Assembly (NCBI GenBank): GCA_020352775.1
Contig: CP070684.1
Location: 47,302 to 111,301, forward strand
DNA length: 64,000 nucleotides
Direction: 5' to 3'
From: Candidatus Omnitrophota bacterium
Lineage (GTDB): Bacteria > Omnitrophota > Gorgyraeia > Duberdicusellales > 4484-171
Shown in pieces: positions 48,067 through 57,172 of this stretch (its first letter is position 1; each line of letters opens with the position of its first letter). A model generated the notes under the pieces. That model had not been told where the DNA came from. It was given only the letters and a program-made list of their open reading frames with translations, and did not search any database. Both the position numbers and the translations under genes were made by a program.

Positions 48067-48414
48067 GTGGATAAAAGAAAAGTAGCGGTGGGGGAAATAT
48101 TTACCTATACTATTAAAGCAAGTGGAAGCTTTTCCTCCCCGGAACTTATCACTCCTGAATTTAAAAATTTTACCATTGTCTCCCAATCCCAATCAAAAAA
48201 CTTCTCCCTAAAAAAGGGCCAGATACATATGGATTTTAGCGTGACCTACTCACTCTTTGCGCCTGAGCCGGGAGTCTTTCTTATTGAAGCGCCCCAGATT
48301 AAAGACACCGATACTGTCCTGAAAGGCAAACCGATAAAAATCAAAGTAAGAGGCAAACCCCTTAAAGAACAAGAAAAAATACGCCCCTTCATTGAAAGCG
48401 CTACAGATATCTAA
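48067..48414 (+). CDS. Small BatD-like beta-sandwich protein; the annotated GTG start probably truncates a signal peptide (frame open from 47968)
   Basis: 115 aa; 'VAVGEIFTYTIKASG...P.F.NF....QSQS' resembles the BatD N-terminal domain; upstream in-frame codons read RYIFFALIFIFGSGLYNN. Confidence 0.4.
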   Translation: MDKRKVAVGEIFTYTIKASGSFSSPELITPEFKNFTIVSQSQSKNFSLKKGQIHMDFSVTYSLFAPEPGVFLIEAPQIKDTDTVLKGKPIKIKVRGKPLKEQEKIRPFIESATDI

Positions 48415-48455
48415 CAAATCAATGAGTCAAAACTAGAGCTTAAGATTCAGGAGGG

Positions 48456-49268
48456 CTATCCTTCCAGAAGGGCTTTTTTGGTATAGAAACGCTTGCTGTC
48501 AGTACGCAAATCATGAATCTCTACTTCGGTTATCTCTTCAAAATCTTTGTAAATCTTTAAATACTTTATGGTCGCTTTTTTCGTTTCTTCAAAGGGGTTG
48601 GGCAGTTCTTTTTCTTCATTTGCCAGCTCGATATCAAACATAACATTTAGTTTATTGTTATAATAGGTGGCATCCAACTTGTTAAGTTTAGCAACTTCTT
48701 GCATTCCCTTGATTCCATAGGTATTTAAAATATGCTGCCTTACCAGAAATGAGATAAAGTCTCCCATGGTAATATCAAACTTAGTGACATGGGTTCCTTT
48801 TTTATCTCCCAGGGCCCCCTCATTGGGAAAATAAATAAAGACTTCGCGCTGGCGCCAATCCTCTAAAGAAATAAGACTTAATTGTAGCTTAACTAAGTCC
48901 GGGACAAAACCCATGTAATAAAGATCCATTCCTTTATCTTCAGTGTCAGAGGCCACGAATACATAAAAATTTGGGGGTTTATCCATACTCAAAATAGCCC
49001 GGCGCAGAGTAAGAAAAATTCTTCTGAAATTTTCTCCGATTGTCTCGTCAATGCGCTGATCCTCGCCAAGCAATTTCTTAAAAGGAGCATAAATCCAGAT
49101 CGTAGCGCCGGTATCCCAGGTGTTTACATCCAACTGGAATTCTTCCTTGCAGATATTTTTTATTACATTATTGATTTCCTGACGAGAATATGTTGGCGAT
49201 ACAGAAGAGCAGCTGACACAAAAAAGGAGGAGACTACAAAGAATCAGTCTGGGGACGTTCTTTGCCAT
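48456..49268 (-). CDS. Lipoprotein of unknown function, co-transcribed with the FtsH-like protease
   Basis: 270 aa; lipobox 'CVSCSS'; start overlaps the FtsH-like 3' end by 35 nt. Confidence 0.55.
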   Translation of the reverse strand: MAKNVPRLILCSLLLFCVSCSSVSPTYSRQEINNVIKNICKEEFQLDVNTWDTGATIWIYAPFKKLLGEDQRIDETIGENFRRIFLTLRRAILSMDKPPNFYVFVASDTEDKGMDLYYMGFVPDLVKLQLSLISLEDWRQREVFIYFPNEGALGDKKGTHVTKFDITMGDFISFLVRQHILNTYGIKGMQEVAKLNKLDATYYNNKLNVMFDIELANEEKELPNPFEETKKATIKYLKIYKDFEEITEVEIHDLRTDSKRFYTKKALLEG

Positions 49269-50922
49269 GTTTTTTGAAGATTTCTACAATTTCATCATAT
49301 TCTAATTCTTCTTTTTTAAGAAGCTCCTGGGCAAAGTATTCCAGCAATTCCTTTTCCCGCGCAAGGATTTCTTCTACTTCCTTAAGACAATCTTGAATAA
49401 TCTTCTGGCTGTCATCATCTAGCTTTTCCTTGGTCTTCTCGGAAATATTCATCGATCCCGTTTGACCCCACCAGCCACCTTGCCTGGCCAAGGCATAAAA
49501 ATTGCCCAGCAGGCCTGATTCACCCATACCCCAGCGCCATACCATGTGGTGAGCGAACCAAAACGCATTGCTGAAATCTTCATCAACCCCAGAACTAGTT
49601 GTACCGAACTTTAATTTCTCAGCAACGTAACCGCCTAATGCTGTTTTGATATTTGCTAGATACCACCCCTTACTTCGGGTGTAGGTTTCTTCAGGTGGAC
49701 GATGCGAGGAAAATCCTAGCATCCCCTTGCGGGGGACAATAGAAGCTTTTATTACGTCATCGGTAGGATGGGTAAAATAAGCAATAATTGCATGACCAGC
49801 CTCATGATAAGCTGTCCACTTTTTATCCTTTTCACTCAAGGTAATCTCTCGCTTTAACCCAAACATTACCCGGTCATAAGCCTCGGAGAGGTCTTTAAAG
49901 ATAACCTTATCCCTTTTGTTTCTCACCGCGATTAAAGACGCTTCTCTTACCATACTAGAGATATCGGCAGGGGAGAAGCCCACCGCTTTTTTTGCCAATA
50001 CACCGGTATTTATCTGTGAATCATATTCTGCCTTGGCCAGATAGTATTCGAACAATTTTTTTCTATCATCTAAACCGGGCTTACCCACATAAATTTTTCT
50101 ATCAAACCTTCCTGCCCGCATCAATGCCGGATCTAATTCATCCTCATTAACGTTTGTTGCCGCAACCACCACAATATTATTTTCCACCTGACGCAATCCG
50201 TCTAATTCTGTTAACAACTGATTTACTGTAGCGTTATAAGACATTCCGCCGCCTAAACCACTTACTCCTACACGCGGACGGGCAATGGTATCGATTTCAT
50301 CAATAAAGATAAGACAGCTGCCATGAATTTCTGCCAGCACGCGGGCCTCTTTAAATAAACTTTTCATTTTGGCAGCACCCACCCCCACAAACATTCCGAT
50401 AAATTCACTCCCTACCGCAGCCAAAAAGGGCATCTGAGTTTCAGTGGCAATTGCCTTGGCAAGATAAGTCTTGCCACAACCAGGTGGACCTACCATAAGA
50501 AGCCCCTTAATGACTCTGCCACCGACTTTTTTAAGGCTGGTTCTATCCTTGATTAAGTTTATTACTTCCTGCGTTTCTCGTTTTATGGACTCCATACCGA
50601 TTACATCAGACCATTTCACATCTACTTCTTGAGCCTTTACTTTTTTCTGTCCCATTTTGGCAAACCCGCCTCCAAAAAGAAACCAATAGTGAAAGCTCAT
50701 ATAGATACTGGCAAAGACAAAGGCGGTGATTATGCTCAAATATAACTGTAATGGGATACCGGCCAACGTCAGCTTTTTATAGAACGATTCTAAAGTAAGG
50801 AAATTTTTTAAGCCGATAACGATGAGGAAAATAAGAATGATAAAGAGGATGCTGGCAATGCTTAAGATAAGCACCTTGATCCAATGTAATTTTAGATATC
50901 TTCTTATCTTGTTTTTATTCAT
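49234..50922 (-). CDS. FtsH-family AAA+ zinc metalloprotease paralogue with a minimal extracytoplasmic loop
   Basis: 562 aa; Walker A 'GPPGCGKT', Walker B 'IFIDEID', SRH region, 'HEAGHA' zinc site; the two N-terminal TMs are separated by only about 15-20 residues. Confidence 0.85.
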   Translation of the reverse strand: MNKNKIRRYLKLHWIKVLILSIASILFIILIFLIVIGLKNFLTLESFYKKLTLAGIPLQLYLSIITAFVFASIYMSFHYWFLFGGGFAKMGQKKVKAQEVDVKWSDVIGMESIKRETQEVINLIKDRTSLKKVGGRVIKGLLMVGPPGCGKTYLAKAIATETQMPFLAAVGSEFIGMFVGVGAAKMKSLFKEARVLAEIHGSCLIFIDEIDTIARPRVGVSGLGGGMSYNATVNQLLTELDGLRQVENNIVVVAATNVNEDELDPALMRAGRFDRKIYVGKPGLDDRKKLFEYYLAKAEYDSQINTGVLAKKAVGFSPADISSMVREASLIAVRNKRDKVIFKDLSEAYDRVMFGLKREITLSEKDKKWTAYHEAGHAIIAYFTHPTDDVIKASIVPRKGMLGFSSHRPPEETYTRSKGWYLANIKTALGGYVAEKLKFGTTSSGVDEDFSNAFWFAHHMVWRWGMGESGLLGNFYALARQGGWWGQTGSMNISEKTKEKLDDDSQKIIQDCLKEVEEILAREKELLEYFAQELLKKEELEYDEIVEIFKKHGKERPQTDSL

Positions 50923-51063
50923 ATTACACCTTCCTAGCTAAGAAAAAGATACCACACATTCCTGCTTTTGTAAACCCCGTTAAGAAAGATGGTTATGAAA
51001 TTGGCACTATTTTAATATGTAATTAATACTTGCAAACCCACAAAAACATGCTAATGTATTGTC

Positions 51064-52050
51064 TTGGAATTTGAGAGACGATCTCCTGACGAGATAATCG
51101 AACCCTTTAAGAAGAAATTTAATTCAAAATTCTTAAAGTCCGGTCCCTTAGTAGCAGTCGCAATATTGGTTATCAGTGTTATTTTAGGAGGGACATTTTA
51201 TACCATTCAGCCCAATGAAGTGGGTTTGGTCTTACGTTTCGGAAAATTCATAAGAAGTACAAAGCCCGGTCTACATCTTAAAATTCCTTTAGGGATTGAA
51301 AAGGCATTCCCGGTAAAAGTAGAGTATATCTATAAGGATGAATTCGGATTTAGAACCCGCGCTCCCGGAATACGCAGCACCTACGAGGCGCGTTCTTACG
51401 ATGAAGAATCTTTAATGCTCACCGGAGACTTAAATGTGCTTGATTTAGAATGGATTGTGCAATTTAAAATCAAAGATCCATTTAAGGCGCTTTTTGTGGT
51501 GAGAAATGTTCGTAAGACTCTTCGAGACCTATCTGAAGCCGTGATGCGCCAAATCGCAGGTAATTATACTTTCACCGAAGTTCTTACCACCAAAAGGATA
51601 GAAGTCAACATAGCGGTTCAGAAAAAATTACAGGAAATCCTTGATTCCTATAATTCTGGTATTCAGATTGTCACCGTCAAACTACAAGATGTAAACCCCC
51701 CTGATCCAGTAAAGCCGGCATTTAATGAGGTGAATGAAGCAAAGCAAGAAAGAGAAAAGTTGATCAACCAGGCCTGGGAAACCTACAACCAGAAAATACC
51801 ACAGGCAAGGGGAGAGGCGTTAAAGATGGTCACCGAAGCCGAAGGGTATGCGTTGGCGAAAATAAATACTGCCCAGGGAGATGCGAAGCGCTTTCTTCTT
51901 TTGCAGAAAGAATATGCGCGCGCCAAAAACGTTACGCGCCGCAGGCTGTATTTAGAAAATATGAGTGAGATCTTGAAAAAGGCGAAAAGCAAATATATAG
52001 TTGATCCAGAACAAAAAGGAATTCTTCCTTTATTACAATTGAAAAAATGA
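51064..52050 (+). CDS. hflK: FtsH modulator HflK (SPFH domain), TTG start
   Basis: 328 aa; TM then 'FYTIQPNEVGLVLRFGKF', 'TGDLNVLDLEWIVQFKI', C-terminal coiled coil. Confidence 0.85.
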   Translation: MEFERRSPDEIIEPFKKKFNSKFLKSGPLVAVAILVISVILGGTFYTIQPNEVGLVLRFGKFIRSTKPGLHLKIPLGIEKAFPVKVEYIYKDEFGFRTRAPGIRSTYEARSYDEESLMLTGDLNVLDLEWIVQFKIKDPFKALFVVRNVRKTLRDLSEAVMRQIAGNYTFTEVLTTKRIEVNIAVQKKLQEILDSYNSGIQIVTVKLQDVNPPDPVKPAFNEVNEAKQEREKLINQAWETYNQKIPQARGEALKMVTEAEGYALAKINTAQGDAKRFLLLQKEYARAKNVTRRRLYLENMSEILKKAKSKYIVDPEQKGILPLLQLKK

Positions 52051-53015
52051 ACAGGCTAAGTAACACCCTAATTATTTTAGGAATCATATTTTTTCTGGCG
52101 TTGATTGGAAATCCTTTTTTTATCCTTTATGAGGGTAAACAGGCAATAATCACCCAATTCGGAAAACCAGTAGGGGGGGCCATAACAGATGCGGGGCTGC
52201 ATTTAAAGATACCTTTTATTCATAAAGTAAACTACTTTGAAGCAAGAGTTTTAGAATGGGATGGCTATCCTAACCAAATCCCTACCAAAGATAAGAGATA
52301 TATCTGGGTTGATACTACTGCACGCTGGAAAATAAAGGAGCCTCTTAAGTTCTTTCAATCCGTATATGATGAACGGGGAGCGCATGCACGCCTTGACGAT
52401 ATTGTCGATTCAGCATTGCGAGACGCAGTAACTTCTCAGATACTTGTTGAGATCGTACGCTCATCCAACAGGATCATTGAAGAACTAAAACCGCAGGAAG
52501 GAGAAGGGATTGAATTTATCGAAGAGGGTGCTCTCGAAGAAATCCGCGTAGGCAGAGATGCAATGCGGGAAGAAATCGTAAAACGTGCACGCGAAACAGT
52601 CTCTGAATATGGCATTGAACTCCTCGATGTAAGGATTAAAAGAATCAACTATGTGGAAGAGGTAAGAAGAAAGGTCTATGAACGCATGATCGCCGAACGT
52701 AAAAGAGCAGCCGAGAAATATCGCTCCGAAGGAAGAGGAACGCGGGCAGAAATCGAAGGAAAAACAGACAAAGAGCTCAAAGGGATAATCTCAACAGCCT
52801 ATAAAAAAGCACAAGGAATAAAAGGAGAAGCAGACGCCAGCGCTGCCAAAATATACGCCGACGCATACAATAGGGACCCTGAACTTTTCTCTCTCCTTAA
52901 AACTCTAGACACTTACAAAAATACCGTGGATGAAAACACCACTGTACTGCTTACCACCGATAGCGAATACCTTAAATACTTAAGTGAAATTTCTCCTAAG
53001 AATTCACAAAAATAG
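52047..53015 (+). CDS. hflC: FtsH modulator HflC (SPFH domain)
   Basis: 322 aa; TM then 'EGKQAIITQFGKPV', 'GIELLDVRIKRINY', ATGA overlap with hflK. Confidence 0.85.
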   Translation: MNRLSNTLIILGIIFFLALIGNPFFILYEGKQAIITQFGKPVGGAITDAGLHLKIPFIHKVNYFEARVLEWDGYPNQIPTKDKRYIWVDTTARWKIKEPLKFFQSVYDERGAHARLDDIVDSALRDAVTSQILVEIVRSSNRIIEELKPQEGEGIEFIEEGALEEIRVGRDAMREEIVKRARETVSEYGIELLDVRIKRINYVEEVRRKVYERMIAERKRAAEKYRSEGRGTRAEIEGKTDKELKGIISTAYKKAQGIKGEADASAAKIYADAYNRDPELFSLLKTLDTYKNTVDENTTVLLTTDSEYLKYLSEISPKNSQK

Positions 53016-53131
53016 TAAAAATGCCCAGGGAGAAAATAACCCGCAGACAGAAAAATATTTCACGCCTCCTGCAAGAGAAAAAAGCAAATATAAAGGGTAA
53101 AATCAAGGCAAGGAAAAAGAAATCATAAACC

Positions 53132-53983
53132 GTGGATAACGCGATTTTACTTATCTCCTGCCCCGACCGCAAAGGCATCACCGCCACTATCACTAATTTC
53201 ATTTTTCATAACAATGGTAATATCGAACATGCTGACCAGCACATTGATTTTCAAACCAATACTTTCTTCATGAGAATCGAGTGGTCCTTAAAGGACTTTA
53301 CCATCCCGCGGGAAAATATCCGAAAAAAGTTCAATGCGATCGCAGAAGAATTTAAAATGGATTATGCTCTTTATTTCTCGGCGCAAACGCCCCGCGTGGC
53401 AATTTTTACCTCGCGCCTTACGCATTGCCTTTATGATCTGCTCCTGCGCTACAAAGAAGGGCAATTTAAATACAGTATCCCATTAATTATCAGCAACCAC
53501 CCCACTGCCAGTGAAATCGCCAATTCATTTGGGATAAACTTTCATGAAATTCCTAAGACCAAAGAAAATAAAAGAGAGGTGGAGAATAAAGAAATAGAAC
53601 TCCTTAAAAAGGAAAATATCGACCTTATCGTGCTAGCGCGCTATGGACAAATTTTTACCGGTGAGTTTGTAAAGGAATTCCCCAATCGCATTATAAATAT
53701 TCATCACTCCTTTTTACCGGCGTTTGTCGGCAAAAGCCCTTATGAACAGGCATATTCCAGAGGGGTAAAGATTATCGGCGCTACCAGCCATTATGTAACC
53801 GAAGAACTTGATGCCGGCCCTATTATTGAACAGGACACTGTAAGGGTGAGTCATAGGGATTCCTTAGCAGACTTAAAAATAAAGGGACAGGATTTAGAAA
53901 AAATTGTCTTAAGTAGAGCAGTGCGCTGGCATCTGGAGCATAAAATTCTTACCTACCACAACAAAACCGTAGTTTTTGATTAA
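53132..53983 (+). CDS. purU: Formyltetrahydrofolate deformylase, GTG start
   Basis: 283 aa; N-terminal ACT domain 'ILLISCPDRKGITA', 'LARYGQI', 'IINIHHSFLPAF', 'GATSHYVTEELDAGPIIEQ'. Confidence 0.9.
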   Translation: MDNAILLISCPDRKGITATITNFIFHNNGNIEHADQHIDFQTNTFFMRIEWSLKDFTIPRENIRKKFNAIAEEFKMDYALYFSAQTPRVAIFTSRLTHCLYDLLLRYKEGQFKYSIPLIISNHPTASEIANSFGINFHEIPKTKENKREVENKEIELLKKENIDLIVLARYGQIFTGEFVKEFPNRIINIHHSFLPAFVGKSPYEQAYSRGVKIIGATSHYVTEELDAGPIIEQDTVRVSHRDSLADLKIKGQDLEKIVLSRAVRWHLEHKILTYHNKTVVFD

Positions 53984-54049
53984 AAACTTCCCCTTTAAAA
54001 TACTCTTGCCCCCTTATCCTTCTAGCGACCTCAATTAATAAAATGAATG

Positions 54050-54078
54050 TTGCATTATTAAGGAAATTATGCTAAATT
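54050..54078 (+). promoter_or_regulatory. Sigma70-type promoter of the sugar-transport/glycan locus
   Basis: TTGCAT (54050-54055), 17-nt spacer, TAAATT (54073-54078); leaves a leader of about 85 nt before the ATG at 54167. Confidence 0.45.
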
Positions 54079-54166
54079 AGTTTTCTTTGTCACTCTAAGC
54101 TTTTGGGCTGATTTAAGTTCTGAACAGATACCTGAATCACTGGCATTGCCATTACAAGGAGGACTT

Positions 54167-55456
54167 ATGAGCTTTTCCCACAGATTAGGGCGATTAATTT
54201 TTGTACTGCTCTTTATGGTAATTGGTTGCGCCCCTAAAGCACCCGAGAAAAAGATTACGGTCTGGCACTGGATGAACGACCGTAAAGAGGCGTTTGAAAC
54301 ACTGGCCAAAAAATACGAAGAACTCACCGGAATCCCGGTAAAATTCAAGCTTTTCTTTCCGCCTGATATCTATGCCCAAAAAGTAATTGCTGCCGCGCGC
54401 GCCGGCAACCTCCCTGAAGTATTCGGAATCCTGGGAGAAAAAAAGATGCTGGCTTCATTTATCAATGCCGGCCACATTTTAGATTTAACCGATTATATGC
54501 AAGAAAATAGCCGGGAATGGGAAAGACAATTCTATCCCAAGACACTTGCGGTAACCTCCTTTAAAAAAGCAAATACTTATCAAATCCCGCAAGGCATCTA
54601 TGGGGTTCCCATTGATACTACGGTAATGGAGTTTCTTTACAACAAAACCCTATTTAGGAAAGCAGGACTGAACCCGGAACAACCGCCTAAAACTTTTCAG
54701 GATTTTATTTACCTCGCAAAAAGAGTCCAAAAAGCTACCAAAGAAGCTGGTTTTGTCTGCGGCTGGGGAGAAGGTTGGCTGCTTAATGCGCTTGCGACCG
54801 AGTGGGCAATCAATCTTATGGGAGAACGCAAATTCTATAAAACCATCAAAGGAGAAGTTTCTTATACGGATCCGGACTGGATTAAAGTATTTTCTCTTTT
54901 TAGCCAGCTGAAAGATTCCAATATCCTAATATCTGACATCACCACCCTCATCAATAAAGAATCAGAAGATCTTTTTTCTCAGGGCAAAGCTGCCTTTTCC
55001 TTTAACGGAAGCTGGTCAGTTAACGTCTACAAACAGCTTGCTCCTGACCTAGAGTTCGCCTTCTTTCCTTTACCCAGCGTATCCAAGAGATTCCCGGCAA
55101 AAATATGGGGAGGAGCCGGTTCGTCATTTATGATCTCTGCGAAATCACCCAATCTCAAGGAGGCGGTGGATTTCTTAAAGTGGCTCACAGCACAAGAACA
55201 ACAATCTTTTCTTGTAAAAGAAACCAATAATCTGCCGGCAGTAAAGGGGTGTGAAGAAATCTTACCCCCTATTCTTGCAATGCTTTTGGATGACTTTGAT
55301 ATCCTTACTCATCCTAATACCTGGCCGGATAACGAAGATACGCGCGTTCTTGAAATCATGAATCAAGGATTACAACAAATCGTAATGGGCTCAAAAACAG
55401 CGCAGGAAGTCGCGCGGGAAATACAAGAAGTAAAAGAGAGGGTTTGCGCTAGATGA
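54167..55456 (+). CDS. ABC transporter substrate-binding lipoprotein (carbohydrate, family-1 type)
   Basis: Start set at the ATG at 54167 (AGGAGG 5 nt upstream); lipobox 'VIGCAPK'; 'ITVWHWMN', 'YGVPIDT' typical of sugar SBPs. Confidence 0.85.
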   Translation: MSFSHRLGRLIFVLLFMVIGCAPKAPEKKITVWHWMNDRKEAFETLAKKYEELTGIPVKFKLFFPPDIYAQKVIAAARAGNLPEVFGILGEKKMLASFINAGHILDLTDYMQENSREWERQFYPKTLAVTSFKKANTYQIPQGIYGVPIDTTVMEFLYNKTLFRKAGLNPEQPPKTFQDFIYLAKRVQKATKEAGFVCGWGEGWLLNALATEWAINLMGERKFYKTIKGEVSYTDPDWIKVFSLFSQLKDSNILISDITTLINKESEDLFSQGKAAFSFNGSWSVNVYKQLAPDLEFAFFPLPSVSKRFPAKIWGGAGSSFMISAKSPNLKEAVDFLKWLTAQEQQSFLVKETNNLPAVKGCEEILPPILAMLLDDFDILTHPNTWPDNEDTRVLEIMNQGLQQIVMGSKTAQEVAREIQEVKERVCAR

Positions 55457-56352
55457 AAATCGACGCCCTAACCAGAACCGAACAATTTAAAAATTTTTCA
55501 TTCGTACTTCCAGCGTTTATTATTTTCAGTGTCTTTTATATCTATCCTTTCTTCTACACCTTTGTACTCAGTTTCCACAAGTACGACTTTATCTCCGAAA
55601 GTAAATTTATCGGCTGGGCGAATTTTAAAGAAGTAATTTTTTATGGCAAACACTGGTGGAACACGGTGTATAACGGCGCGTTTATCACCTTCTGGGCTCT
55701 CACTTTTCAAAACATACTTGCCTTTACTCTCGCTTTAGGGGTAGATAAAGCCACCCGCACCGGAAAATTTTATCGAGTAATATTCTTTCTTTTGCCGGTA
55801 CTTTCTGAAATCATCATCGGATTATTGATGCGGGAATTTTTGCTTTCAAACCCGGGAATCTTTAACAAATTGTTAGATAAGTTAAATCTGAGTTTTATCG
55901 CGCAAGACTGGCTGGGAAGAGACCGCGCTTTACTCACCGCAGCTTTAGTGCACTGCTGGAAGGGGTTCGGATGGGCATTTGTTATCCTTTTAGCAGGGCT
56001 ACAGACCATACCGGAACAACTTTATGAGGCCGCGCGCATCGATGGAGCGAGTGCCTGGCAGACTTTTTTAAAAGTTACAGTGCCGCTTCTTATGCCGGTG
56101 ATCGCGCTGGTACTTGTGCTTACTATTTTAGGGACGATGCAAGCATTCGCCATGATTCTTGCTTTAACTAGAGGGACCGGCGGAATCACTGAAGTTCCGG
56201 TTATGCTTATCTATAATCACTTGCGGGGAAGGCAAGTTGGACTTGCCTGCGCCGAAGGAGTGATTTTAGGAATCATTCTTATTGCCGTATCATTCACCAT
56301 GCTTTATATCTCAAAACAAATAAGGAGACGCTGGGGTGTATTACCGCGCTAA
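55453..56352 (+). CDS. Carbohydrate ABC transporter permease (MalF/UgpA-like)
   Basis: 299 aa, six TMs; EAA loop 'LYEAARIDGASAWQTFLKVTVP'. Confidence 0.9.
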   Translation: MKIDALTRTEQFKNFSFVLPAFIIFSVFYIYPFFYTFVLSFHKYDFISESKFIGWANFKEVIFYGKHWWNTVYNGAFITFWALTFQNILAFTLALGVDKATRTGKFYRVIFFLLPVLSEIIIGLLMREFLLSNPGIFNKLLDKLNLSFIAQDWLGRDRALLTAALVHCWKGFGWAFVILLAGLQTIPEQLYEAARIDGASAWQTFLKVTVPLLMPVIALVLVLTILGTMQAFAMILALTRGTGGITEVPVMLIYNHLRGRQVGLACAEGVILGIILIAVSFTMLYISKQIRRRWGVLPR

Positions 56353-57172
56353 AAAAATAATTACACTGATTTTACTACACACTTTTCTTATAAGTGTAGC
56401 CCTAAGCTGTATTTTTCCGTTTATGTGGATGATAAACTCTTCCCTTAAAACCGAGACCGAATTCAGAGCCGACCACGGCCTTGTAATGAGTAAACGTATA
56501 AGCTTAGAAAATTACAAACAGGCTCTTTTGGGGGAACGGCTCTGGGCTTATTTTTTTAACAGTGTTTTTTACACCGCAATCACGGTATTTTTTATCGTGA
56601 TTATCTCTTCGCTGGCTGCTTATGGTTTCTCGCGCCTAGATTTCCCCGGCAAAAATATTGTCTTTTTTATGTTTCTTGCCGCGATGATGATTCCTTTACC
56701 AGCAGGGTTTGTGCCGCTCTATGTATTGTTAAATAAAATCCATCTTGTAAACCGTACTGGTTATGTGCTGGCAATGACAAACATGGGTCTTTCATTAAGC
56801 ATTTATCTTCTTAAAACTTTCTTTGACCAACTGCCGCATGATTTAGAAGATGCTGCCCGTATCGATGGCTGTGGCAGAATTCGAATCTGGTGGAATGTTT
56901 GCCTTCCTTTGGTGGCCCCGGCCCTGGCAGTGGTAATCATATTTAATGCCCTTAATGTCTGGAATGAATTCGTCCTTGCGTCTTTAATGTTTACTGAAAA
57001 CAATCTCATGCCGTTACAGGTAGGATTGATGGAGGTCTATAACAGAAATATTATTCAGCATACCCTGATTATGGCTTCGCTTACCATTGGTGCGGTGCCG
57101 ATAATACTTCTTTATTTACGGATGCAAAAGCAATTTATCAAAGGACTCACCGCAGGAGCAGTAGTAGGATGA
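56336..57172 (+). CDS. Carbohydrate ABC transporter permease (MalG/UgpE-like)
   Basis: 278 aa, six TMs; EAA loop 'LEDAARIDGCGRIRIWWNVCLP'. Confidence 0.9.
   Translation: MYYRAKKIITLILLHTFLISVALSCIFPFMWMINSSLKTETEFRADHGLVMSKRISLENYKQALLGERLWAYFFNSVFYTAITVFFIVIISSLAAYGFSRLDFPGKNIVFFMFLAAMMIPLPAGFVPLYVLLNKIHLVNRTGYVLAMTNMGLSLSIYLLKTFFDQLPHDLEDAARIDGCGRIRIWWNVCLPLVAPALAVVIIFNALNVWNEFVLASLMFTENNLMPLQVGLMEVYNRNIIQHTLIMASLTIGAVPIILLYLRMQKQFIKGLTAGAVVG

Noticed and set aside
53021-53128. 35-codon highly basic ORF (MPREKITRRQKNISRLLQEKKANIKGKIKARKKKS) between hflC and purU
   Set aside because: No Shine-Dalgarno, AT-rich context where such ORFs arise by chance, and no recognisable family. I cannot support it without conservation data.
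54067-54379. Minus-strand ORFs 54067-54348 and 54194-54379
   Set aside because: They overlap the promoter, leader and 5' end of the substrate-binding protein gene and have no supporting signals.
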